DNA from: Acidimicrobiia bacterium
GTDB lineage: Bacteria; Actinomycetota; Acidimicrobiia; Spongiisociales; UBA5794
Assembly (NCBI GenBank): GCA_029287195.1
Contig: JARFRN010000039.1
Coordinates: 1,927 to 65,926, forward strand
Reading direction: 5' to 3'
Length of the DNA: 64,000 nucleotides
Shown here piece by piece: positions 27,345 to 36,525 of this stretch. The notes beneath the pieces are model-generated. The model saw nothing but the letters and a program-made list of their open reading frames with translations, made no database searches and was not told the DNA's origin. The position numbers and the translations under genes are program-made. Position 1 is the first letter of the stretch; every line of letters starts with the position of its first letter.

Positions 27345-28472
27345 TCAGCCGGTTGGGCTGCCGATGACACCCTCGACGAAGTAGTTCATCGAGAAAATGT
27401 CACCCAACTCACGCTCGTTGCCGTCCTGATCCACAATCGGGTCGGGCAGTACGCTGAACGTACCGTCGATGATCTGCTGCTTGCGTTCTTCGATCAGTGC
27501 GATCGTCTCGTCGCTGACCGACTCACCGTACGGGGCCAGGTCGACCATGCCGTCGGCGATGTTCCCGTAGTAGGCCGCCGACTCCCAAGTGCCGGCTGCA
27601 ACCTCTTGCGTCGTCTTCAGGTAGAACGGGCCCCAGTCCCAGATGGGAGCCGTGAGCCAGGCGGTCTCGGCGAACTCGGTCATGTCTGTGTTGTAGCCGA
27701 CCCACTTGGCGCCGGCGGCCTCGGCTGCCTGACCGGGGGCGGCGGAATCCTGGTGCATGGCGATGACGTCGGCTCCGGCATCTAGCAGCGACTCGGCGGC
27801 CGTCTTCTCGACCGGTGGATCGAACCAGGTCGAGGTCCATACCACCTGCACCTGAGCCTCCGGTTTGACCTCGCGGACCCCGAGGGTGAAGGCGTTGATG
27901 CCGCGCAACACCTCGGGGATGGGGAAGGCGGCGACATAGCCGATCAGGTTGGACTCGGTAGCTGCACCGGCTGCCATGCCGGAGAGATAGCGGCCCTCTT
28001 CAGCAGCACCGAAGTAGTTGCCCATGTTCTCCGAGCTCATGAATCCGGTGGCGTGCTCGAAGACGACGTCCGGGTAATTCTCGGCGGCCGCCAGCATCGG
28101 CTCCATGTAGCCGAACGAGGTACCGAAGATCAGCTTGTTGCCGTCTGCGGCGAGATCCTCGAACACGCGCTGCGAATCGGATCCCTCGGGAATGCTTTCC
28201 AGAGTTGTCACCTCGACGTTGGCGTTGGCCTCGAGATACTTGGCGCCCTGGTCGTGGGCCCACGACCAGCCCTTGTCGGAGACGGGGCCAACATGGACGA
28301 AGGCGACCTTGAGCGGTTCCTCGTCGCCGCCGCTGGGAGCTGCCGTCGTCTCTGTTTCGCCGCCTGATGCTTCGGTTGTAGCCGTCTCGTCGTCATCGCC
28401 ACCGCACGCCGCCGCAATCAGCGACAGCGCGAGGGCGAGGATTGCGAGAAACCGCCAGTTCCTAAGGTTCAT
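27345..28472 (-). CDS. BMP-family (PnrA/Med-like) ABC substrate-binding lipoprotein, likely purine nucleoside/base binding
   Basis: The ORF track starts at 28532. I prefer ATG 28472 (MNLRNWRFLAILALALSLIAAC-GG lipobox, AAGGA SD). Body motifs: KVAFVHVGPVSDKGWSWAH...GTSFGY...GYVAAFPIPEV. Confidence 0.85.
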   Translation of the reverse strand: MNLRNWRFLAILALALSLIAAACGGDDDETATTEASGGETETTAAPSGGDEEPLKVAFVHVGPVSDKGWSWAHDQGAKYLEANANVEVTTLESIPEGSDSQRVFEDLAADGNKLIFGTSFGYMEPMLAAAENYPDVVFEHATGFMSSENMGNYFGAAEEGRYLSGMAAGAATESNLIGYVAAFPIPEVLRGINAFTLGVREVKPEAQVQVVWTSTWFDPPVEKTAAESLLDAGADVIAMHQDSAAPGQAAEAAGAKWVGYNTDMTEFAETAWLTAPIWDWGPFYLKTTQEVAAGTWESAAYYGNIADGMVDLAPYGESVSDETIALIEERKQQIIDGTFSVLPDPIVDQDGNERELGDIFSMNYFVEGVIGSPTG

Positions 28473-28681
28473 ACATCCTTCTTTCTGCGGTCGTATCCCG
28501 GTGTTGGGCCGGGACGCCGTCCCGGCCCGCATGCCGGGAGAGAATCTCCTGTACGCTCTCGAAGAGAGCGCCCTGTACTCTAGGTAATGAGTCTGCGTAG
28601 CGCCTAACGGCCGCCCGAGATTGGGACCATTGGAATGGTTTTGGGTCTTGCTTTTCGCGGCCTAGTGGAGCACGTTGGAGA

Positions 28682-29308
28682 TTGGAGACGTGCAAGGAGG
28701 CGTTTGTGATGAGCTTGCAGGAGCGCTTGGGAACGTGCCTGTGGCTGTCCCCAAGACGAAGAAGCGCCATTTGCGGATTCCTGGTTGGTGCGTTGCTCAG
28801 CCTCGTCCTGATCGCGGCGCCCCTGTGGCTGGTTGGTAGCGGGCCGACACCCACGACGCTACGCCCCGGGACCGACGCGACCGCCCTCGCCGCACTCTCC
28901 ACTGAGCCCCTTGCCTCTCCCCAGTTCGACATCTCACCGTTACTGATCGGCGAATGGGCGGGTGAGATCTGTCCAGACGATGGTCAACCCATCCCCGTCA
29001 CGTTTGATTTCGCACATGAATCGAGCGGGGACGTTACCTATGCGCTGACCATCGACGGCGACTTCCAAAGCGCAGGATTGGTAGCGAATGGGGCGTGTGA
29101 CGTCGACGGCGAGAACATCGTTTTTCACTCGTTCCTCGCCATACTCAATGAATGTGACGAGGCCTGCGGGGTTGATCGGCTCTATCGCGGGCACTTCGAA
29201 GAGGGCGCCCTGGTGGGCGACTACCGCGACGTGGTGGGGGACGAAGCGTGTCTGTCCTGTGTAGGGGGCGGCACGTGGTGGCTCGCCCCCGAGCAGCGAG
29301 ATCTCTAG
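28682..29308 (+). CDS. hypothetical membrane-anchored Cys-rich protein
   Basis: 208 aa (alternative start 28709). One TM segment (ICGFLVGALLSLVLIAAPLWLV). The extracytoplasmic part carries several Cys. No family recognised. Confidence 0.45.
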   Translation: METCKEAFVMSLQERLGTCLWLSPRRRSAICGFLVGALLSLVLIAAPLWLVGSGPTPTTLRPGTDATALAALSTEPLASPQFDISPLLIGEWAGEICPDDGQPIPVTFDFAHESSGDVTYALTIDGDFQSAGLVANGACDVDGENIVFHSFLAILNECDEACGVDRLYRGHFEEGALVGDYRDVVGDEACLSCVGGGTWWLAPEQRDL

Positions 29309-30963
29309 GCGCTCTGCCTGAGGTCGCGGTGGTCGAACAGCCATGTCGCGGCTGCGACCAGGATCGCGAAGAGCCCGAGTAGTACGGCGCCGTGGCCCCA
29401 GTCCATCCCGTTGTTGAGGGGGTCGCTGCCCAGGTAGTAGTAGACCGGCGTCCACTTAGCCAGCCCGGCGAGGCTGTCGCTGAGTGGCAGGAAGCCGTCG
29501 GCTACGAAGAACACGAGGGCGACGCCGATCGTGCCAAAGATCGCAATCCGGCTCCTCCCGGTGGCGGCGCTGATTGCCAGCGACAATGCGCCAAACACCA
29601 GCCCGAGGAGCATCCCGAGCGTCGTGGCGGCAGCGATTCGCCCTGGACTCATCCCGAGGCCGCCCAGTATCGAGCCCAACGCCACTCCGGCAAACAGAGC
29701 AAATCCAACGATCAGTGCATAGATCACCATGGCGAAGGTTTTCTCGAGCACCACAGTCGAGCGCTTGATCGGGTTGGCCAGGAGTAGGCCCATCGTCCGG
29801 TTCGCCTCTTCGCCGGCCATAGCCCGAGATCCGATGGTCACGGTAACGAGCATGAAGGCGATCGGCGCCATCAGGCCGAAGGTCTCGATCTGATACCAGC
29901 CCTCAGGTGTCGTCAAGTCGCCCCCTCCGAAGAGCTCCATCATGCCCTCGGGGAAAGCATCACCGATGCTGGCGATGGTGTCGTCGATGAACGTGTACAT
30001 CGGGCCGAGCAACACACCCATGATGAGGAACATGACGTACGAGACGATGATGAGCAGCCCCTGGTGCTCGGAAGCAGTCTTCGTCCAGATGCGAGATACC
30101 CGGGCAGACCCGGCAAGACGGTCGATCGCCTTCTTCGTCAGCGGATGGGTGCGGAGCCGATCCACCAAGCCCGTTCCGGTTGTTCGATCCCTGAGATCAC
30201 GCCGGTTCACGCCGGCTAGGGCAACGACCGCAAAGACGACAATGCCGCCGAGAAGCACGCCGAGGTGGCCCCATGAAACGCCGTTGACGTGGGGTTGGCT
30301 GCCACTGAAGTAGTACCAGGGGAATGCCTTGACACCGTTCTCCAGGCCTTCGATCAGTGGGAGCCAACCCACAGCAAAGAAGGACAGCACCATCACGGCG
30401 ACCGTTGCGCCGGTGGCGAGTCTGGCCTTGCCGGTCCAGGCACTGATGGCCAGAGCCAGGAAGCCATGGAAGACCGCGATGAAGAACATGTGGAGTACCA
30501 GCGCTCCGACGAAGATGCCCGTGATGTCGACGTTGAGTATCTGTGGGACAAGAATCCCGCCGGCCCACAGAACCAATGTCCCCAAACCGGTCAGCAGTAC
30601 AACGTTCACAGCCTTCGAAACCAGGATATGTGTTCGGCTCTTCGGGTTGCCGAGCAGCAGACCCATGGTGCCATCGCGTTCTTCGCCTGCAATCGAGGCC
30701 GAGCCCATGGACAGGGCAAGCGACGCCAGTGTGAGCGCGCCGTAGGACGTATAGATGGCGCCGTAGGCGAGGGCGCCGACATCGGCGTCGGCTGGGATGT
30801 TCACCAGTGATCGGAAGACCTCGGGCAGGTCGGTATAGACGGCCAAGTCGATGTCCCGGTATACGGACATACCCATTAGGAAGAGCAGCACCAGAGTCAA
30901 CACACCGATCGCTTCTCCCTTCCAGCGGTCCCGGAAGGTCTTGGTCATGACGGTCGTGAGCAT
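29305..30963 (-). CDS. ABC-2 type exporter permease (duplicated, ~12 TM)
   Basis: The ORF track runs to 31533, but its first 190 codons overlap the ATPase gene and are Arg/Pro-rich. ATG 30963..30961 shares one nt with the ATPase stop (TGATG). The protein starts MLTTVMTKTFRDRWKGE and has two similar hydrophobic halves. Confidence 0.8.
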   Translation of the reverse strand: MLTTVMTKTFRDRWKGEAIGVLTLVLLFLMGMSVYRDIDLAVYTDLPEVFRSLVNIPADADVGALAYGAIYTSYGALTLASLALSMGSASIAGEERDGTMGLLLGNPKSRTHILVSKAVNVVLLTGLGTLVLWAGGILVPQILNVDITGIFVGALVLHMFFIAVFHGFLALAISAWTGKARLATGATVAVMVLSFFAVGWLPLIEGLENGVKAFPWYYFSGSQPHVNGVSWGHLGVLLGGIVVFAVVALAGVNRRDLRDRTTGTGLVDRLRTHPLTKKAIDRLAGSARVSRIWTKTASEHQGLLIIVSYVMFLIMGVLLGPMYTFIDDTIASIGDAFPEGMMELFGGGDLTTPEGWYQIETFGLMAPIAFMLVTVTIGSRAMAGEEANRTMGLLLANPIKRSTVVLEKTFAMVIYALIVGFALFAGVALGSILGGLGMSPGRIAAATTLGMLLGLVFGALSLAISAATGRSRIAIFGTIGVALVFFVADGFLPLSDSLAGLAKWTPVYYYLGSDPLNNGMDWGHGAVLLGLFAILVAAATWLFDHRDLRQSA

Positions 30964-31859
30964 CAGGCAGACACCTCCTCGTAGTAGGTGAGGAAGATCT
31001 CTTCGAGGTCCGCTTCTTGGGTGGTGATGTCGAGCACATGGAACCGCTCGGTGACCACCTTCAGCAGGGTTTCCATCTGCCCATCGAACGAAAGCATGAC
31101 GTGGTGGTTGTCGACCTTGACGTCGCGAACACCGGGGAGTGGCTTGAAGACATTGCCGTCGACCGGTCCATCGAAGTAGAGGTTGACGGTGCGGATCGCT
31201 TTGGAGCGCAAGTCGGCGACGCCCTCCACCGCGATCAGGCGACCCTGGCGGATAATGCCCACCCGATCGGCTACCCGCTGCACCTCCGACAGTGTGTGGC
31301 TGGAGAGGAACACGGTGCGGCCGTCGGCGGCAACTTCGCGCATCATCTTTTGAAACTCGCGTTGCACCAGCGGGTCGAGACCGGCGCTGGGCTCGTCCAT
31401 GATCAGCACCTCCGGTTTGTTCATGAATGCCTGAATCAGGCCGACCTTCTGCCGGTTGCCGGACGAGAGGTCGCCAACTCTCTTGTCCAAGTCGGCGCCG
31501 AGGCGCTCCCGCAATTGCTCGACGTAGTCCCAATCCACACCGCCGCGCAAGTTGGCGAAGTAGGTGAGGGTGTCCTTCCCGGTGAGATTCGGGTACATGG
31601 CCAGATCGCCGGGCACGTACCCAATGTGATCGCGGATCTCGACCGACTGCAGGTGCGTGTCCATGCCGAGGATCGACGCCTTCCCTGCTGTAGGGCGGAT
31701 CTCGTCGAGGATGGTGCGGATCGTGGTCGTCTTGCCGGCGCCGTTGGGGCCGAGAAACCCAAAGACCTCGCCGGAGTGGATGTCGAGATCAAGGTTCATC
31801 AGTGCCTCGACATCCCCATAGTGCTTGGTGAGGCCTTCGGTGTGGATGGCGATCGTCAT
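30963..31859 (-). CDS. ABC transporter ATP-binding protein (DrrA/ABC-2 type)
   Basis: 298 aa. GPNGAGKTTT, LSSGNRQK, LIMDEPSAGLD. Confidence 0.9.
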   Translation of the reverse strand: MTIAIHTEGLTKHYGDVEALMNLDLDIHSGEVFGFLGPNGAGKTTTIRTILDEIRPTAGKASILGMDTHLQSVEIRDHIGYVPGDLAMYPNLTGKDTLTYFANLRGGVDWDYVEQLRERLGADLDKRVGDLSSGNRQKVGLIQAFMNKPEVLIMDEPSAGLDPLVQREFQKMMREVAADGRTVFLSSHTLSEVQRVADRVGIIRQGRLIAVEGVADLRSKAIRTVNLYFDGPVDGNVFKPLPGVRDVKVDNHHVMLSFDGQMETLLKVVTERFHVLDITTQEADLEEIFLTYYEEVSA

Positions 31860-32515
31860 GCGGTTTCCTTCTCTTCTTCTTGCTGCGAGATGAACGCCTC
31901 GCGGAATAGTCGAACAGTCTTCTCAGTAAGCAAGCCCTCGCCGTAGATCTCGAGGATGGGAGCCATGTAGGCGGAGGCCGCGGTGGGGTCCTGGCTCAAG
32001 TCGGCGGTGATGTCGACCCCGATGAGGCGCTCCAGATGCTCGTGGAGGACCAGAGCCCCAAGGCTCCAAACAGTGAGAATCGCGGCCCGCTCCTGTTCGT
32101 GGTCGCTTGGTTTGATCATCCCCGAGGCGACACCGGCTGATACGTATTCCACTGCGTCGGCGACAATCTCGTCGACCAGTTCGGCGACGTGGGGTGAGCC
32201 GTCGGCCAAAGTGCGCGCCAGGTACTTCGCTGCCGGGATCTCTCCGGCCGTACGGAAGGCTGCGGTGACGTCGAAGGCCCCACCCGAAGCCATCGCTGAT
32301 CCCTTGACGTCCCGGATGATCCTGGCAACGTGTTCGTCGCAGGCAACACGGAGAGCATCCTTGGAGCCAAAGTGATGGATGACCAATCCCGGGGATACCC
32401 CGGCGGCCGTGGCGATGGCGCGGATGCTGGTTCCGTCGACCCCGTTGGCCGCAAACTCGGTGATGGCAGTATCCCGGATCCGAGCGGCGGTGGAGCGGTC
32501 GTCTGTTGAACGCAT
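31856..32515 (-). CDS. TetR family transcriptional regulator
   Basis: HTH RIRDTAITEFAANGVDGTSIRAIATAAGVSPGLVIHHFGSKD. Start ambiguous (32551 or 32515). 4-nt overlap with the ATPase gene. Confidence 0.85.
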   Translation of the reverse strand: MRSTDDRSTAARIRDTAITEFAANGVDGTSIRAIATAAGVSPGLVIHHFGSKDALRVACDEHVARIIRDVKGSAMASGGAFDVTAAFRTAGEIPAAKYLARTLADGSPHVAELVDEIVADAVEYVSAGVASGMIKPSDHEQERAAILTVWSLGALVLHEHLERLIGVDITADLSQDPTAASAYMAPILEIYGEGLLTEKTVRLFREAFISQQEEEKETA

Positions 32516-32635
32516 GTTCAATATACTAAACGATCGTTCAGGCGAATGCAAGATCCTGTCTGCCTACCGAGCCGGGATTGGACCAGAGATTTCGAATCAG
32601 GGAAACTGGTTCTACTGCGAGAGAGAGGGCCGCGG

Positions 32636-33916
32636 GTGGCTCATCAGACCGTAAAGGCGGGACATGAGCAGCTCATCGACCGCCTGAACCGCTTCCCGCA
32701 GGGTGCGCCGCCCGCCGACGTCCTCTACGCCATCTTGAGGATGCTGTTCAGCGAGCGTGAAGCCGGCCTCGTCGCTTTACTCCCGATTCGGCCGTTCACC
32801 GCAAAGCGGGCGGCCCGCGTCTGGAAGATGTCGACCTCCGCCGCTACGGCGATCCTCGAGGAACTAGCCGGCCGAGCCATCCTGCTCGACATCGAAACCG
32901 ACAAGGGCAAGCGGGTGTTCGTGTTGCCGCCGCCGATGGCGGGGTTCTTTGAGTTCTCCTTGATGCGAGTGCGCGGCGACCTCGATCAGAAGGTGCTCTC
33001 CGAGCTGTTCTATCAGTACCTCAACGTCGAAGAGGATTTCATCAGGGCGCTGTTCACCGAGGGTCAAACCCAACTGGGCAGGGTGTTCGTCCAGGAGACG
33101 GTCCTGCCCATCGACAGCGGAATCCAGGTACTCGACTACGAGCGGGCCGGCGAAGTCGTGCGCAGCGCCTCGCACCGCGGGGTGGGTATCTGCTACTGCC
33201 GGCACAAGATGGAGCACAAGGATCGGGCGTGTAATGCACCGCGCCAGATCTGCATGACCTTCAACAACACGGCCGCCTCCCTGATCAATCACGGTTTTGC
33301 CCGGGAGCTCGACGTGGCAGAAGGGCTCGATCTGCTTGCCGAAGCTCAGGAGGGCAATCTGGTCCAATTCGGGGAGAACGTCCAGCGAGGTCCGAACTTC
33401 ATCTGCAACTGCTGCGGCTGCTGTTGCGAGGCAATGATCGCAGCCCGCCGCTTCGGGGTTCTCAATCCAATTCATACCTCGAACTACCTTCCGGAGATCG
33501 ACGCCGAGAAGTGCAACGGCTGCGGCAAGTGTGTCAACGTGTGCCCGGTAGAGGCCATGACCCTGGCGTCGGCCAATGATCCGCATCGCCCCAAGAAGAA
33601 GCGAGCGAAGCTGGATGAGAGCCTCTGCCTCGGCTGTGGAGTATGTGTGCGCAACTGCGATCGAGACGGAATCCGACTCACGGCCCGGCCCGAGCGTGTG
33701 ATTACCCCGGTCGACTCGACGCGGCGGGCGGTGATGATGGCGATCGAACGCGGCAAATTGCAGAACCTGATCTTCGACAACCATGCCCTCGCCAGTCACC
33801 GCGCTATGGCGGCCATCCTCGGTGTCATCTTGAAGGCCCCCCCGGTCAAGCAAACGCTTGCCCGTCGGCAGCTCAAATCGATCTACGTCGACAAGCTGGT
33901 CACGAGCCGGCAATGA
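32636..33916 (+). CDS. Fe-S protein with a CNCCGCCC cluster motif and a 2x[4Fe-4S] ferredoxin domain
   Basis: The ORF track starts at 32546. GTG 32636 has GAGGGC upstream. Motifs: GICYCRHK, FICNCCGCCCEAM, CNGCGKCVNVCP, CLGCGVCVRNC. Confidence 0.65.
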   Translation: MAHQTVKAGHEQLIDRLNRFPQGAPPADVLYAILRMLFSEREAGLVALLPIRPFTAKRAARVWKMSTSAATAILEELAGRAILLDIETDKGKRVFVLPPPMAGFFEFSLMRVRGDLDQKVLSELFYQYLNVEEDFIRALFTEGQTQLGRVFVQETVLPIDSGIQVLDYERAGEVVRSASHRGVGICYCRHKMEHKDRACNAPRQICMTFNNTAASLINHGFARELDVAEGLDLLAEAQEGNLVQFGENVQRGPNFICNCCGCCCEAMIAARRFGVLNPIHTSNYLPEIDAEKCNGCGKCVNVCPVEAMTLASANDPHRPKKKRAKLDESLCLGCGVCVRNCDRDGIRLTARPERVITPVDSTRRAVMMAIERGKLQNLIFDNHALASHRAMAAILGVILKAPPVKQTLARRQLKSIYVDKLVTSRQ

Positions 33917-34089
33917 GCAAGGCGTGACAAGCACAGAACCGGGTCCGACGGAACGCCACTCTCAGAATGCTGGTCTGTGCGGGCACCTCGGATTCTTGCG
34001 TGCCTCGTCCGGCATGTCGTACCCATACCCGCAAGCAGCACAGGGAAAACCGGCAGATTCGTCGTCAGGGCCGCCACCGAGTTTGGGGG

Positions 34090-35298
34090 CTACGACCGTC
34101 CGCCGGCGCCGACCGCTCGTGACGTGCCGGCGCTGGACCGCAGCTTCTCCCAGGAGTCCGCTGCGGGGCCCACGGACAGCCATAGCAGGGCAGTGACGAT
34201 GACGGCCGAGGTCAGGCACCAGGCGCATGTCGCACCGATGACGAACGGCTCGAGGAACGTCAAGTAGATGGAGAACACGACGCCGCCGACCGCGCCCGCA
34301 AGCAATCCGACTCGGGCCCAATCTGAAACTGGATTGTGGTCGGTGCGGGCCACCAGCCATGCGCCTATCACCAGGACATAACCAGCCAGGCCAAGCACGC
34401 CGATGGGAATCAGCCCGAACAGTTCGGCATACTCGCTCTGTTGTACGGCGTTGCAGTCGCCCACCGGCCCACACACGGCCTCGGCGCCGCTCGTCTCGAC
34501 GTAGCTCAGGTAGGCCGCGACGGCGATCCCGACCAGGGCAAGAATCGGGACGGCGACGCTCGGGCGGCTTCCACCAGCGCTGCGGCGCCACAAAACGGTG
34601 ACTCCGATCAAGGAAGCCGCCATCCCGATGAGCACAATCACCGCCAGCGTGTTGCCTGCCGGATCTCTACCGAATCGGTCTGCCACCGAGTCGTTATCGC
34701 CGGTCGGGAGTACCGCTCCACCGGCAGTGGTGGTCGTGGTCGTCACGTCGCCCTCAGGCATCGTCGAGGTCGTGGTGTCGATCGGAGCCGTAGTAGCTGC
34801 GACGGCCGCTTCCACTCCCGAAAGCGACGGCCAATCAATTCCTTCGCCGGCGAGCCCGTCGGCGATCATCCCGGGAAGAGCAGCGGGGATATCAACCGAC
34901 CCGATGTAGACCTGGTCGGCGATGACCATCCGCGGAACTCCGTTGGTGTCGATGTCATAGCGATCAGTGGCCTCTTGGAACAGCACGCTTCCTTCCTCGA
35001 CCGATACGTCGACCAACAAGAACTGCAGCGTTCCGTTGTCGAGTAGATAGAAGGGCGGGCCCATCTCTTCCAACGCGGTGTCGTAGTAGACGTCCCATTG
35101 CCCGCCGTTCTCGGCGAACAGCGGGGGAAGAACGCTCTGGATGACGTACTCGCAGTGACCGCAAGTAGGTGAGAAGAAGAGGATGGCTTTGACCGACGGC
35201 GCATCGTCCTCTTGGGCGCCCGCAGCAGGCATCAACAGCAGGAGCGCCGCAAGCGCTATGAGGATCGCAACCAAACCTGAAGCAATTCGATGGACCAT
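34090..35298 (-). CDS. thioredoxin-like domain fused N-terminally to a VKOR (vitamin K epoxide reductase) membrane domain
   Basis: Preferred start ATG 35298 (MVHRIASGLVAILIALAALLLL). Trx-like FFSPTCGHCEY. Thr-rich linker. VKOR loop Cys pair VCGPVGDCNAVQQSEY and active site ATCAWC in the last TM. Confidence 0.8.
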   Translation of the reverse strand: MVHRIASGLVAILIALAALLLLMPAAGAQEDDAPSVKAILFFSPTCGHCEYVIQSVLPPLFAENGGQWDVYYDTALEEMGPPFYLLDNGTLQFLLVDVSVEEGSVLFQEATDRYDIDTNGVPRMVIADQVYIGSVDIPAALPGMIADGLAGEGIDWPSLSGVEAAVAATTAPIDTTTSTMPEGDVTTTTTTAGGAVLPTGDNDSVADRFGRDPAGNTLAVIVLIGMAASLIGVTVLWRRSAGGSRPSVAVPILALVGIAVAAYLSYVETSGAEAVCGPVGDCNAVQQSEYAELFGLIPIGVLGLAGYVLVIGAWLVARTDHNPVSDWARVGLLAGAVGGVVFSIYLTFLEPFVIGATCAWCLTSAVIVTALLWLSVGPAADSWEKLRSSAGTSRAVGAGGRS

Positions 35299-35572
35299 TG
35301 CGGCACCATGTTCGCACCATTTCTGCTCTAGGAAACAATCCGTCGGCAGCCGGCGGCGGTATGGGCGCTGGCCACGACGGGCTATGGCAGCCGACTCCCA
35401 CAATCTGCTGGCCACGAATAACGCCCGACCCGTGGTGCGTGGGTAGAAGTATGACCATTACGATCGGCCCAGCAACGACCAAAGAGATCCAACATCGGAT
35501 GGTGCCCTGTTGGCATAGGCTCTAGACGGGAACCAGAAGGCTCGGGAGGCCCTGGCTCGCAAGGTTGGGACC

Positions 35573-36085
35573 TTGGCGTATGTCTTTGCGCTGCAGCTCA
35601 GTGCCGGTTCCGACACGGCACACGACATCGCCCAGGACAGCGTGCTCCGCTTCTCTCAGCATCTCGACCGTCTCGATTTGGAGCGCCCCGTGCAGCCGTG
35701 GTTCTGTCAGATCGTGCGGAACCGGGTACGCGATTTGAACCGGCGCAACCGGCTGCGCCATCACGAGTCACTCGACACCTGGTTGGAGCAAGGACGGTCC
35801 GAGATGGCCGACTCCACGGCCGACCCGGCCCGCGAGGCCGAGCGCCACGAGCTGCGACAACGTGTGTGGCGAGCCATGTCGGAGCTGTCGAATTCACACC
35901 CCGAGATAATCGTGCTCCGCGACTATCACGACCTCGCCTATCGGGAGATAGCCGAGGTGCTGTCGATCCCGCAGGGCACCGTAATCTCACGGATGCACGC
36001 AGCCCGGAATAGCCTACGCGCGAGCATTGTGTCCGCAGGCGAATCTCTCCTCGATCAGCCGCCCACCAGGAGGGGCGACCGATGA
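35573..36085 (+). CDS. ECF-type sigma-70 family factor (N-terminus possibly disrupted)
   Basis: 170 aa from TTG. Region 2 DIAQDSVLRF...PWFCQIVRNRVRDL. Region 4 LRDYHDLAYREIAEVLSIPQGTVISRMHAAR. Sigma-like sequence continues upstream across an in-frame TAG at 35516..35518 (see findings). Confidence 0.75.
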   Translation: MAYVFALQLSAGSDTAHDIAQDSVLRFSQHLDRLDLERPVQPWFCQIVRNRVRDLNRRNRLRHHESLDTWLEQGRSEMADSTADPAREAERHELRQRVWRAMSELSNSHPEIIVLRDYHDLAYREIAEVLSIPQGTVISRMHAARNSLRASIVSAGESLLDQPPTRRGDR

Positions 36086-36525
36086 GCAACCCACAACACG
36101 AACTCAACGAAGCGCTGCTGTCTGGCTACCTCGACGGCGAGCTGACTCAAGGCGACGAGCAACGGGTCAGGCTGCATGTCGAGGATTGTGCCGAGTGCAG
36201 GAGCGCGCTCGACGAGCTACACAAACTGAGGGAGGCAACGATGAACGCAGATTCCGAGGTGCCGGAAGATACCCAGTGGGATGAGACGCCTCGCGGTGCG
36301 CTATCGCGATTGCTCCACAACTTCGGCTGGCTCATTGCGGGCCTCTGGGTGGTTGGTATCGCCGCCTACCTGGTGTGGCAGATCAACACCGATTCCGAAT
36401 CAATCCAGTCGGGAGCCATGCTCGGATTTGGGCTGATGCTGGCCTTTGCCCTGATCACTATCTCGGCTTTGATCGACCGACTGCAGACACGGAAGAACGA
36501 TCCATATAGGAGGGTCAAGAAGTGA
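36082..36525 (+). CDS. zinc-binding (ZAS, H-x3-C-x2-C) anti-sigma factor, membrane-anchored
   Basis: 147 aa. LSGYLDGEL...HVEDCAECRSAL. Two TM segments. 4-nt overlap with the sigma gene. Confidence 0.8.
   Translation: MSNPQHELNEALLSGYLDGELTQGDEQRVRLHVEDCAECRSALDELHKLREATMNADSEVPEDTQWDETPRGALSRLLHNFGWLIAGLWVVGIAAYLVWQINTDSESIQSGAMLGFGLMLAFALITISALIDRLQTRKNDPYRRVKK

Noticed and set aside
30964-31533. N-terminal 190-codon extension of ORF 29305..31533. Similar extensions occur in 50024..51550, 13654..14724, 44139..45182, 27345..28532, 37018..38067 and 42464..43270.
   Set aside because: The extensions overlap the upstream gene in another frame and are Arg/Pro-rich. Internal starts give canonical N-termini and 1- or 4-nt coupling junctions.
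31017-31946. Plus-strand 309-aa ORF, and similar long ORFs at 32864..33934 (-), 36988..37920 (+), 37913..38731 (+), 39997..40896 (+), 59975..60895 (+)
   Set aside because: Each lies antisense to a gene with strong motifs (ABC ATPase, Fe-S protein, VWA, DUF58, protease, AKR). Their composition is typical of GC-bias shadow ORFs.
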